From: Minisyncoccota bacterium
GTDB lineage: Bacteria > Patescibacteriota > Minisyncoccia > UBA6257 > GWB1-50-10
NCBI GenBank assembly: GCA_041665265.1
Contig: JBAYJE010000004.1
Span: 507 to 64,506 of the forward strand
Reading direction: 5' to 3'
Length of the DNA: 64,000 nt
Under the pieces are notes generated by a model that was not told the origin of the DNA, did no database searches, and worked only from the letters and a program-made list of their open reading frames with translations. Positions 1 through 6,521 of this stretch are shown here, one piece after another. The position numbers and the translations under genes were made by a program. The first letter of the stretch is position 1. Every line of letters begins with the position of its first letter.

Positions 1-99
1 TCAGGAATGACTATAAATTACATATTTTAGTGTTTAATGTCAATGAAGAACTGCTCTCCTTTGAGCATCTGCTTTCTATAAATAAATGCCCCTCAAAAA

Positions 100-471
100 T
101 TAGTTCGTCACTATAATACTCCCCTTCATCGGTAAGTGAACACCACAATGATAATTTACAGTACCCACATCATTAAAAGTGAAGCTAAATGATTGTCCCG
201 GAGAAAGCATCTCCGAATTAAGAAGGTCTCCCGAGTCAGATACTATAGTATGTGGTGCAGTATCATCATTAATCCAAGTGACTTTTGTTCCAATTTTTAC
301 AGACAGTGTTGCGGGATTAAAAGTATAGTTTCTTATATTAATAACAGCACCCGACACCTCAGAAGGTTGAGTTGAGGTCCCTACTATATCTATTTTGTTT
401 CTAAAACCAAAATAATATATTCCCAAACCAACAATAATCAACAATACGAAGGGTATTATTATTTTCTTCAT
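100..471 (-). CDS. Cupredoxin/plastocyanin-like copper-binding protein, N-terminal membrane anchor
   Basis: VTWINDD..PHT and YHCGVHLPM type-1 Cu ligands; start moved to MKKII, 6 nt after TATAAT. Confidence 0.85.
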   Translation of the reverse strand: MKKIIIPFVLLIIVGLGIYYFGFRNKIDIVGTSTQPSEVSGAVINIRNYTFNPATLSVKIGTKVTWINDDTAPHTIVSDSGDLLNSEMLSPGQSFSFTFNDVGTVNYHCGVHLPMKGSIIVTN

Positions 472-570
472 ATACCAATTATAACAAATAGAAGGCATTG
501 CTCTCCGAGTAAAAAGGCTTATTTTCCTTGATTCACAGCAGACTCTATTTAATCCCTATAATTGGTGGTT

Positions 571-1170
571 CTACCTAGACTCACCTTCAAAATTTTGTAC
601 CACCTCACCAAACTGCATAGTAACTGGATCAAGTTTAAGCCATAAACTCTTACCCATTGAAGGTTTAGTGGCAAGGGGCTCATTTGGCAAACGAACAGCA
701 TAATTAACAACAATAACATTTTGCCTATCCGTTCCTTTGCTTGTTTTCCCCTCATCCATTCCGGTTGTCTGTGGAGCAATACGATCACCCAAGAAGACTG
801 CCTGTGAACCAACATAACCAGTTGGGGTATTTAAGGCAGCAACAAAATAGAAGAAAGTACCACTTCCGCCGGTTTCCTGAGTCAAAATAAAAGCGACATC
901 TTCACGACCATCATTATTAAAATCGTGCTTCACTTCATTGCCAAAATAACGAGTAATAATTTTTGTCGCTGAACCAGGAGTTATTTCAATTTCAGACAAC
1001 CCATTGATAAGGGTAATATGGCGCCCCTCAATGGTGTATGTCGCGTTTTTATAATCTTTTATTAAAATTTGATTAATCACTTTTTCTTTGCTTGAATATG
1101 ATTTGAAAACAATAAAGCCGACAAACAACATCAATACAACGAGAATTATCAAGATAATATTTTTTTTCAT
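571..1170 (-). CDS. Hypothetical secreted/membrane-anchored protein
   Basis: N-terminal hydrophobic segment, DFNNDGRED Ca-loop-like motif, GGSGTFFY. Confidence 0.7.
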   Translation of the reverse strand: MKKNIILIILVVLMLFVGFIVFKSYSSKEKVINQILIKDYKNATYTIEGRHITLINGLSEIEITPGSATKIITRYFGNEVKHDFNNDGREDVAFILTQETGGSGTFFYFVAALNTPTGYVGSQAVFLGDRIAPQTTGMDEGKTSKGTDRQNVIVVNYAVRLPNEPLATKPSMGKSLWLKLDPVTMQFGEVVQNFEGESR

Positions 1171-1211
1171 ATGTATTCATTATACCGTTTAGGGTGCCAT
1201 TAAATGTACAC

Positions 1212-1240
1212 AAAATAAAAATCCGAGCGATGCTCGGATT
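1212..1240 (-). terminator. Intrinsic terminator hairpin
   Basis: AATCCGAGC-gat-GCTCGGATT with a U-rich tail on the minus strand, after ORF 1245..1526. Confidence 0.7.
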
Positions 1241-1244
1241 GTGC

Positions 1245-1526
1245 CTATTTTTTTTGTAACTTCGCTTCTTGGTGCCGGCATAGAGCAGCGAGATAATTCC
1301 AGGTCATCATGGCCGCTTGAAATCCATCCATGCCTCGTCCGTCTTTTATTATTTTTTTCACCACAGGATTACTACTTTTTGGCGATGGCCCTCCCTCAAA
1401 AATGAGCTTCATTCCATTTACCTTGAGACGACTCCTTTTTACGTGAGGTTTTACATAATCTCGCCAGAGTGCATAAGATATTGGATCAATTTTCTTCATT
1501 TCGCGAAGACTTATTCCTTTATCCAT
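1245..1526 (-). CDS. Hypothetical protein (orphan)
   Basis: ORF with AAAGGTGG SD, own promoter and terminator. Confidence 0.65.
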   Translation of the reverse strand: MDKGISLREMKKIDPISYALWRDYVKPHVKRSRLKVNGMKLIFEGGPSPKSSNPVVKKIIKDGRGMDGFQAAMMTWNYLAALCRHQEAKLQKK

Positions 1527-1564
1527 ATTTCCACCTTTCTATTAGTGTGTAAAAAACTGCCCTC

Positions 1565-1593
1565 ACTATAAGATTTTGAGATATTGAAGTCAA
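1565..1593 (-). promoter_or_regulatory. Sigma70-type promoter
   Basis: TTGACT-N17-TATAGT. Confidence 0.65.
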
Positions 1594-1631
1594 CTTTAAT
1601 TTTTCAAGTAAGATGGGGCTAGGGTTATTTT

Positions 1632-1664
1632 AAAAATAAAAGCCCCTGATTTGTTCAGGGGCTT
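1632..1664 (-). terminator. Intrinsic terminator hairpin
   Basis: AAGCCCCTGA/TCAGGGGCTT stem plus U tract. Confidence 0.7.
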
Positions 1665-1681
1665 CAATGTCTTTAATACAA

Positions 1682-2242
1682 CTACTTCTTTTCGGATGAT
1701 TTTGTCATCACTACAAAAGAATTTGGTTCACCAAGGATTTTTTCATAACTCGGTATGGAGATAACCCAAGGTGATATTTCGCGATAATAAACCGGTTGTT
1801 GGCACTCAATGAGAGAGCCCTGAAGTTCGTACACTGAGTTCTCTAACTCAATTATCTCTTCAACGGTTTTTGCGATTGTTTCGTTGCTCTTCAAAGTGGG
1901 GAATTCCAACAATACCTCTGGTTTAATATTCCCCATAATTTTTCGCTCAAGCTTTGGATATTTTGCCAGTTCCGTTTTAACAATATTGATCAACTTGTCT
2001 CGGCGACCTTCGTAAAGCCTGATTTTGTTGAGTACCGTTTTTATTTGAGTAAGACCTTCGAGTTGATTAGTATATGAGCCCGCTGACATTGATACGAGCC
2101 AAATACCGGCAACGACAAAAGCCACGATAGAAAAAATATTACAAACGGACTGACCGTCACTGTCTTCCATCTGATACCCGCTTAATACTGTTAAGGCGAT
2201 TCCTACAACAACAAAAATTGTTACTGCAATCTTGCTAAACAT
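1682..2242 (-). CDS. Hypothetical protein, two N-terminal TM helices plus coiled coil
   Basis: Hydrophobicity pattern; AAAGGAG SD. Confidence 0.7.
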   Translation of the reverse strand: MFSKIAVTIFVVVGIALTVLSGYQMEDSDGQSVCNIFSIVAFVVAGIWLVSMSAGSYTNQLEGLTQIKTVLNKIRLYEGRRDKLINIVKTELAKYPKLERKIMGNIKPEVLLEFPTLKSNETIAKTVEEIIELENSVYELQGSLIECQQPVYYREISPWVISIPSYEKILGEPNSFVVMTKSSEKK

Positions 2243-2311
2243 AATTCGTTTCTCCTTTGATGACGCGGTTTATGAAATTGGTAATAAAACTACCTAGTTT
2301 TAACTGTTTAC

Positions 2312-2340
2312 AGTATATAACATATTATTATATTTGTCAA
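2312..2340 (-). promoter_or_regulatory. Sigma70-type promoter
   Basis: TTGACA-N17-TATACT. Confidence 0.75.
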
Positions 2341-2380
2341 GTATTCTTCTTAACCGAGACAGAATCTCGGTTTCTAGCTT

Positions 2381-2420
2381 TGTTCTTCGGGTAGAGCGAC
2401 GTTGGGGTGGCTTTAATAGA
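2381..2420. repeat. ~40-bp cassette-boundary site (copy C) beginning with a degenerate tRNA-Asn 3' end
   Basis: TTGTTCTTCGGGTAG (2380-2394) matches tRNA-side TTGCTCCCCGGGTAG at 12/15; 24/40 ungapped to copy at 4509, 14 of 16 mismatches are transitions. Confidence 0.6.
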
Positions 2421-2437
2421 AAACCGCTTAAAATTTC

Positions 2438-3544
2438 TTAATAACTCTTGTGTTCTCTATCTTTCAAATCTTTTTTTGCTTTATTAACAAACTTTCCGAA
2501 CTGGCGGTCCTTTTCTCTCTTCTCAAGTTCGGTCATCTCATGATACTCGGCCTCCTTTTTCAAATTCGTATAATTGAGATATTTCCCCTTATCTAACTTG
2601 CCAGATTTCAATGCGGATAACACTTCACATCCGGGCTCGCTAACATGGGCGCAATTAATATATTTACACTTCTTGGCCAGGATAGTTATCTCGTCAAATA
2701 AATCAACCACTCCCTCTTTTGCAATTGCCATCCCTACTTCCCTCATCCCTGGGTTGTCTATCACGATACTCCCACTTTTCAAAAAATACATTTCGCGACT
2801 TGTGGTAGTGTGCTTACCCCTGCCGCTATATTTGCTTATGTCTCCAATTTTTATCTTCTCTCCCTCTCCAATTAATTTGTTGATTAAAGAAGATTTTCCA
2901 ACACCAGAAGAGCCTAAAAAGCAGTAGGTCTTCCCACGCACCATATGCTTCCTAAGTTCATCCAAGCCCTCGGTGCTTACCGTGCTCGTGGTAACAATGT
3001 CGACATCCTTAAATCTTCGTTTAAGCTCGCTCAATTTAGAATTCAAATTTTCTTTGGAGATTAGGTCTACCTTATTTAATACGATGACCGGTCTGACTCC
3101 CCCATCTCTCGCAATAGCAAAATATCTTTCAAAACGATTAAGATTATAATCTCTATCAACAGACTCAATTGCATATACCACATCTATATTTGCTCCAATA
3201 ACTTGTGTTTTAGTTTTCTTGCCAGCCCTATTCTCATCCCCAAACTTTCTCTTAATTATTGTTTTTCTAGGCAATATTCCGCGAATTACTGCTTGTCCGT
3301 CATTCAATTCATCAATAACCACCCAATCCCCAATTACCGGATAATCCTCCCTCGAAGAAGCTCTGAACATTTGCTTTCCAGTTATTTTTGCCAAAAATAT
3401 CCCGTTCTGATTTATCGCTTCGTAAACACTTCTATGCTCGGTAATAATGCGAGCAACCGAAAAACTATCTAAATTCAGCTTCTTTCGATTGATTTCAAAA
3501 AAGTCATCGTAGCCGAAGTCTTCAATTTTTGGCTTAGCATTCAT
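2438..3544 (-). CDS. rsgA: Ribosome small subunit-dependent GTPase A
   Basis: OB-fold (PVIGDWV), NKVD, GSSGVGKSS, GRGKHTTT, DNPG, C-x4-C-x-H-x5-C zinc finger. Confidence 0.93.
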   Translation of the reverse strand: MNAKPKIEDFGYDDFFEINRKKLNLDSFSVARIITEHRSVYEAINQNGIFLAKITGKQMFRASSREDYPVIGDWVVIDELNDGQAVIRGILPRKTIIKRKFGDENRAGKKTKTQVIGANIDVVYAIESVDRDYNLNRFERYFAIARDGGVRPVIVLNKVDLISKENLNSKLSELKRRFKDVDIVTTSTVSTEGLDELRKHMVRGKTYCFLGSSGVGKSSLINKLIGEGEKIKIGDISKYSGRGKHTTTSREMYFLKSGSIVIDNPGMREVGMAIAKEGVVDLFDEITILAKKCKYINCAHVSEPGCEVLSALKSGKLDKGKYLNYTNLKKEAEYHEMTELEKREKDRQFGKFVNKAKKDLKDREHKSY

Positions 3545-3638
3545 TAAAGTAATTGTTACCCACTTACTATATTCATTTGAAATTTCAATGTCTAATTCAA
3601 AATATAAAAACAACCCCATCAAATTAGGTCATTTTGTT

Positions 3639-3678
3639 AGCTCTCTAAGTGGGGTGATGTTAGAACAATTTTAGAAAA
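3639..3678. repeat. ~40-bp cassette-boundary site (copy A)
   Basis: AGCTCTCTAAGTGGGGTGATGTTAGAACAATTTTAGAAAA; 27/40 ungapped to copy at 4509, 11 of 13 mismatches are transitions. Confidence 0.6.
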
Positions 3679-3696
3679 TGCTCTACCATATCCACA

Positions 3697-4271
3697 ATGA
3701 CTAAATTAGTAACGGTAAAAGAAGTTGTTTCTCATTTCTTAGCCTCTAACGAAGCCAAAGACAATACTATCGTTACTATTATTAAAAGTGCTAACCCCGA
3801 CAAACGTTTAAAAACTCTATTAAACAAATACCTCAATTTGTCTCACACTTCTCTTTTTTCCTTAGTGAAAAACAAAGGGAGGCTTCAAATGTTCAATCAG
3901 CATTCGTGGACAATAAAAAAGTTGAATTGAAATATATTGGAACTTGGCCGGGAACTGGGGACCTGCCCGTAGAATGGTGTCAGCTATCTGTCGTGGATGC
4001 CGCGTCTATAATTCAGGAAAATAAAGATAAATGTAAAAATCTAAAAAGTGTCAAAAGAATCTTTAGTATTCAAGAAAATATAGATACGGTATTAAAATAT
4101 TTTTATCCCATTCTCATTCCTGGTGGTGATATAAGGAAAAATAGCAACTGTTTGTTTCTACCCTTTGATGCTGACGATGGCTCACATCGTTTGATTGCAG
4201 CAGCACTTTCAGGTAGAAAAAGTGTTCTGGCATATGTAGGAACTACCACCAATATCTATAGCAAAAATTAA
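3697..4271 (+). CDS. ParB/sulfiredoxin-like protein split by a -1 frameshift (ORFs 3697..3930 and 3906..4271); recoded gene or pseudogene
   Basis: DDGSHRLIAA motif in the second ORF; frames join at A_AAA_AAG 3915-3921. Confidence 0.55.
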
Positions 4272-4296
4272 GGACAAAAATACCAAACGACCTGGG

Positions 4297-4464
4297 TTAG
4301 TCAGATCTTTTCTTCTTGCTCTTTATCACACCTACAATACCCGTAATAAATAATAGAAGTCCGAGTAGCTGTCCTCCAGGACTATCATCAATTTCACCAT
4401 ATACAAACATAAATGCCCCGAATGATATTACTAAAAAGGAATATAGTATTCTGTTTCTTTTCAT
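4297..4464 (-). CDS. Small two-TM membrane protein
   Basis: Two hydrophobic helices around DDSPGG; TATATT 6 nt before ATG. Confidence 0.7.
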   Translation of the reverse strand: MKRNRILYSFLVISFGAFMFVYGEIDDSPGGQLLGLLLFITGIVGVIKSKKKRSD

Positions 4465-4508
4465 ATAAGGAATATACCACAATCATTAGTAATCAACCGA
4501 AATAAATT

Positions 4509-4548
4509 TACTCTCCTAGTAAAGTGGTATTGGAATGGTTTTAGAAAA
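4509..4548. repeat. ~40-bp cassette-boundary site (copy B)
   Basis: TACTCTCCTAGTAAAGTGGTATTGGAATGGTTTTAGAAAA aligns without gaps to copies at 2381 and 3639. Confidence 0.6.
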
Positions 4549-4553
4549 ATAAA

Positions 4554-4573
4554 TACCTCCGAATTCGGAGGTA
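4554..4573 (-). terminator. Terminator hairpin
   Basis: TACCTCCGA-at-TCGGAGGTA with flanking A/T tracts. Confidence 0.6.
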
Positions 4574-4584
4574 AAAACTTAAAG

Positions 4585-4899
4585 TTAATCAACAATAATA
4601 TAATCTTTTTGGACTGTACTGGAATTTAACGAGAAAACCCAACCTTCATCGTTAAATTGCATTACATAGAATTTTCCCTTTTCAATTTCTTCCCACATGG
4701 CCCGATCTTTAAATCGAATAAAACCATCACCACCCGAAGCATACAAGGTACCGGCTTCCATTCCTTTTGGATTATTTTCCGTCGATATCCCTTTATCCTT
4801 CACTTGCATATTTACTACATAGAACCCTCCAGAACTCTTACATCCTTGAAAAGACACAAGAAGCCCTAAAAATATTGGCAATAATATCAGTAAACGCAT
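4585..4899 (-). CDS. Putative lipoprotein
   Basis: Signal peptide ending SFQGC; GGAGGT SD. Confidence 0.7.
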   Translation of the reverse strand: MRLLILLPIFLGLLVSFQGCKSSGGFYVVNMQVKDKGISTENNPKGMEAGTLYASGGDGFIRFKDRAMWEEIEKGKFYVMQFNDEGWVFSLNSSTVQKDYIIVD

Positions 4900-4936
4900 A
4901 ACACCTCCAAAAAGTGATTAAAAAGTAACTGAAAGT

Positions 4937-4965
4937 AGAATAGCATATTTATGTACTTATGTCAA
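4937..4965 (-). promoter_or_regulatory. Sigma70-type promoter abutting the duplicated tRNA 3' end
   Basis: TTGACA-N17-TATTCT. Confidence 0.7.
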
Positions 4966-4967
4966 TT

Positions 4968-5074
4968 ACTTGCTCCCCGGGTAGCCTGTCTGCCGGTAGG
5001 CAGGGATTCGCCTCTCCCTTCGGTCGAGACCTCATTACTTCGTAATTTCGGCCACGGTTCGAATCCTATCGGAG
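4968..5074 (-). mobile_element. tRNA-Asn-linked hairpin element (antisense T-arm, conserved core, duplicated tRNA 3' end)
   Basis: 4968-4984 is identical to 5196-5212; inverted T-arm copy GGTTCGAATCCTA at 5056-5068; core shared with 5954-5995. Confidence 0.7.
4985..5004. repeat. 20-nt palindromic insertion CCTGTCTGCCGGTAGGCAGG
   Basis: Removing it restores GGGTAG^GATTCG of the tRNA 3' copy. Confidence 0.75.
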
Positions 5075-5076
5075 AT

Positions 5077-5111
5077 AAAATACCGAATGACACAAAGTCA
5101 TTCGGTATTTT
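5077..5111. terminator. Terminator-like hairpin between tRNA-derived units
   Basis: AAAATACCGAATGAC-acaaa-GTCATTCGGTATTTT. Confidence 0.7.
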
Positions 5112-5115
5112 CATT

Positions 5116-5148
5116 AGCTCCCCGGGTAAGCGGACTTGCCCGGGAGCT
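5116..5148. repeat. Minimal hairpin built from sense and antisense tRNA-Asn 3' ends
   Basis: AGCTCCCCGGGTAAG-cgga-CTTGCCCGGGAGCT. Confidence 0.7.
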
Positions 5149-5155
5149 GCGTTCG

Positions 5156-5191
5156 GAAATATAAATGCGCCATAAGGCGTATTTATATTTC
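5156..5191 (-). terminator. Hairpin directly downstream of tRNA-Asn
   Basis: GAAATATAAATGCGCC-ataa-GGCGTATTTATATTTC. Confidence 0.65.
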
Positions 5192-5200
5192 ACTCACTTG

Positions 5201-5272
5201 CTCCCCGGGTAGGATTCGAACCTACGACCATCGCGTTAACAGCGCGCCGCTCTACCGCTGAGCTACCGGGGA
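5201..5272 (-). tRNA. tRNA-Asn(GTT)
   Basis: Cloverleaf TCCCCGG/CCGGGGA, loop CT-GTT-AA, T-loop TTCGAAT, G73; G27-A43 mismatch; no encoded CCA. Confidence 0.95.
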
Positions 5273-5313
5273 ATGTACTCATCCATTATAAGAAAAAACG
5301 GCCCGCTGTAAAG

Positions 5314-5706
5314 TCAGCGAGCCGTTATGTATGAATCGAGAATGGCTACTAATTGGCGTACGAGAGATAATTGTAATTGACGTTCTGTAAGGTTAAGGTC
5401 GACAGAAACAACGGGTACATTCGGATGCTGTTTTTTATGTTCCTCAGCCCAATAAGGGCCAGTCACCGAAAGTGGCATTAATGCGTAGCGTGTATTTACA
5501 CATACGACATAAAAATCAATTCCTTTGATTACATCATCAAAACTCAACTTCCCCGTTTCTATAAAATCTCTAATTCTCTTTTTCTCCTTAAGATATACAA
5601 GGATGTCGCGGATTTTCTTCTGGCGTTCATCTCCTACTACACGTGAACGTGCTGATTGAAATGGAATCACATCTTTTATCTGCGTCACGATTTGCTTAAA
5701 CCGCAT
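5314..5706 (-). CDS. Hypothetical protein, possible PD-(D/E)XK-like fold
   Basis: Strong AAAGGAGGT SD; G-D-E...DDVIKGIDFYV...PLSVT pattern. Confidence 0.6.
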   Translation of the reverse strand: MRFKQIVTQIKDVIPFQSARSRVVGDERQKKIRDILVYLKEKKRIRDFIETGKLSFDDVIKGIDFYVVCVNTRYALMPLSVTGPYWAEEHKKQHPNVPVVSVDLNLTERQLQLSLVRQLVAILDSYITAR

Positions 5707-5820
5707 GCGAATACCTCCTTTCTAAGGATTCTCAATAAAACAAATGACTGTCTGCAAGCATAAAAGTATTTTTGATTTCTTGCAAGGACGCCTGAAAATG
5801 GGTATAGTAAAAATCGCTAC

Positions 5821-5892
5821 GCCCCTATAGCTCAATGGTAGAGCAGCTGCCTTTTAAGCAGTTGGTTCTAGGTTCAAATCCTAGTGGGGGCA
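5821..5892 (+). tRNA. tRNA-Lys(TTT)
   Basis: GCCCCTA/TGGGGGC acceptor, GCTGC-CT-TTT-AA-GCAGT, CTAGG-TTCAAAT-CCTAG. Confidence 0.95.
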
Positions 5893-5893
5893 C

Positions 5894-5937
5894 AAAACGA
5901 AAAACATAGATACTTGTTATCTGTGTTTTTTGTTTTT
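5894..5937 (+). terminator. Terminator-like hairpin after tRNA-Lys
   Basis: AAAAACATAGATA...TATCTGTGTTTTT plus T tract. Confidence 0.6.
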
Positions 5938-5940
5938 ATC

Positions 5941-6015
5941 AGGATTTGAACATTGGCCGAAATTACGAAGTAATGAGGCTTCGACCGAAGGAAGAACGTC
6001 GAGAGGTAAATCCTA
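5941..6015 (+). mobile_element. tRNA-Lys-linked hairpin element (eroded)
   Basis: AGGATTTGAAC (antisense to Lys T-arm), core TGGCCGAAATTACGAAGTAATGAGG identical to revcomp of 5030-5054, then sense AAATCCTA. Confidence 0.7.
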
Positions 6016-6065
6016 TCTTCTTTTATCTCTTAATCGAAAGGGGAAACAATTCCATCTCATCTTCC

Positions 6066-6449
6066 TTATTTTTTCGTGCACTCAGTGACATCTTTTTCCC
6101 CTTCGATAAAACGAAATACGTCTTGATGTTCCCAAAATGAAAATGCGCCATCTTTTGTTGAAAATTTTGCGCCGCTCGCAGAGATAGCCGAAATCATTTC
6201 ATGATTTGTTATTATTCTTTCTCTTACTATAGTAAGAGAAAGTTTTTGTAGAATGCCTCCTGCATTGGGACTATAATAAGTAGCAGAAGCTACGCTTCCG
6301 TCCTTGCACACAAGACTAACCGTGGTCACTTTCGCCCTAGGAAGAATATCTCCGTTATCTATGAAATTAAAACGAATAAACCCTGCGATAGCGACAACAA
6401 GAATAAGACTGATAATTATGCCAAAATCGATGTGTGTTATATTCTTCAT
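6066..6449 (-). CDS. MliC/PliC-family lysozyme-inhibitor-like protein, membrane anchored
   Basis: ISASGAKF...FSFWEH motif and Cys pair; N-terminal TM. Confidence 0.7.
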   Translation of the reverse strand: MKNITHIDFGIIISLILVVAIAGFIRFNFIDNGDILPRAKVTTVSLVCKDGSVASATYYSPNAGGILQKLSLTIVRERIITNHEMISAISASGAKFSTKDGAFSFWEHQDVFRFIEGEKDVTECTKK

Positions 6450-6521
6450 GTATGCTAAGAATATCATAAACCCCACCAAATGGTGGGGTTTATTACTCAA
6501 AACAATCACTTGTTTACTACT

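Noticed and set aside
52-66. TGCTCTCC next to a TTGACA promoter as another tRNA-Asn end copy
   Set aside because: Only 7/8 bases match and the shared 40-bp arm is absent. The position is suggestive but the match is too short to support.
4951-5175. 74-aa ORF over the tRNA-Asn-linked element
   Set aside because: It runs through palindromes and tRNA fragments, with no coding signal.
4968-5212. CRISPR-like array of GCTCCCCGGGTA repeats
   Set aside because: The repeats are short tRNA-end copies with irregular, hairpin-filled spacing, and there are no cas genes.
5946-6140. 64-aa plus-strand ORF
   Set aside because: It overlaps the Lys-linked element and the antisense strand of the MliC-like gene; likely spurious.
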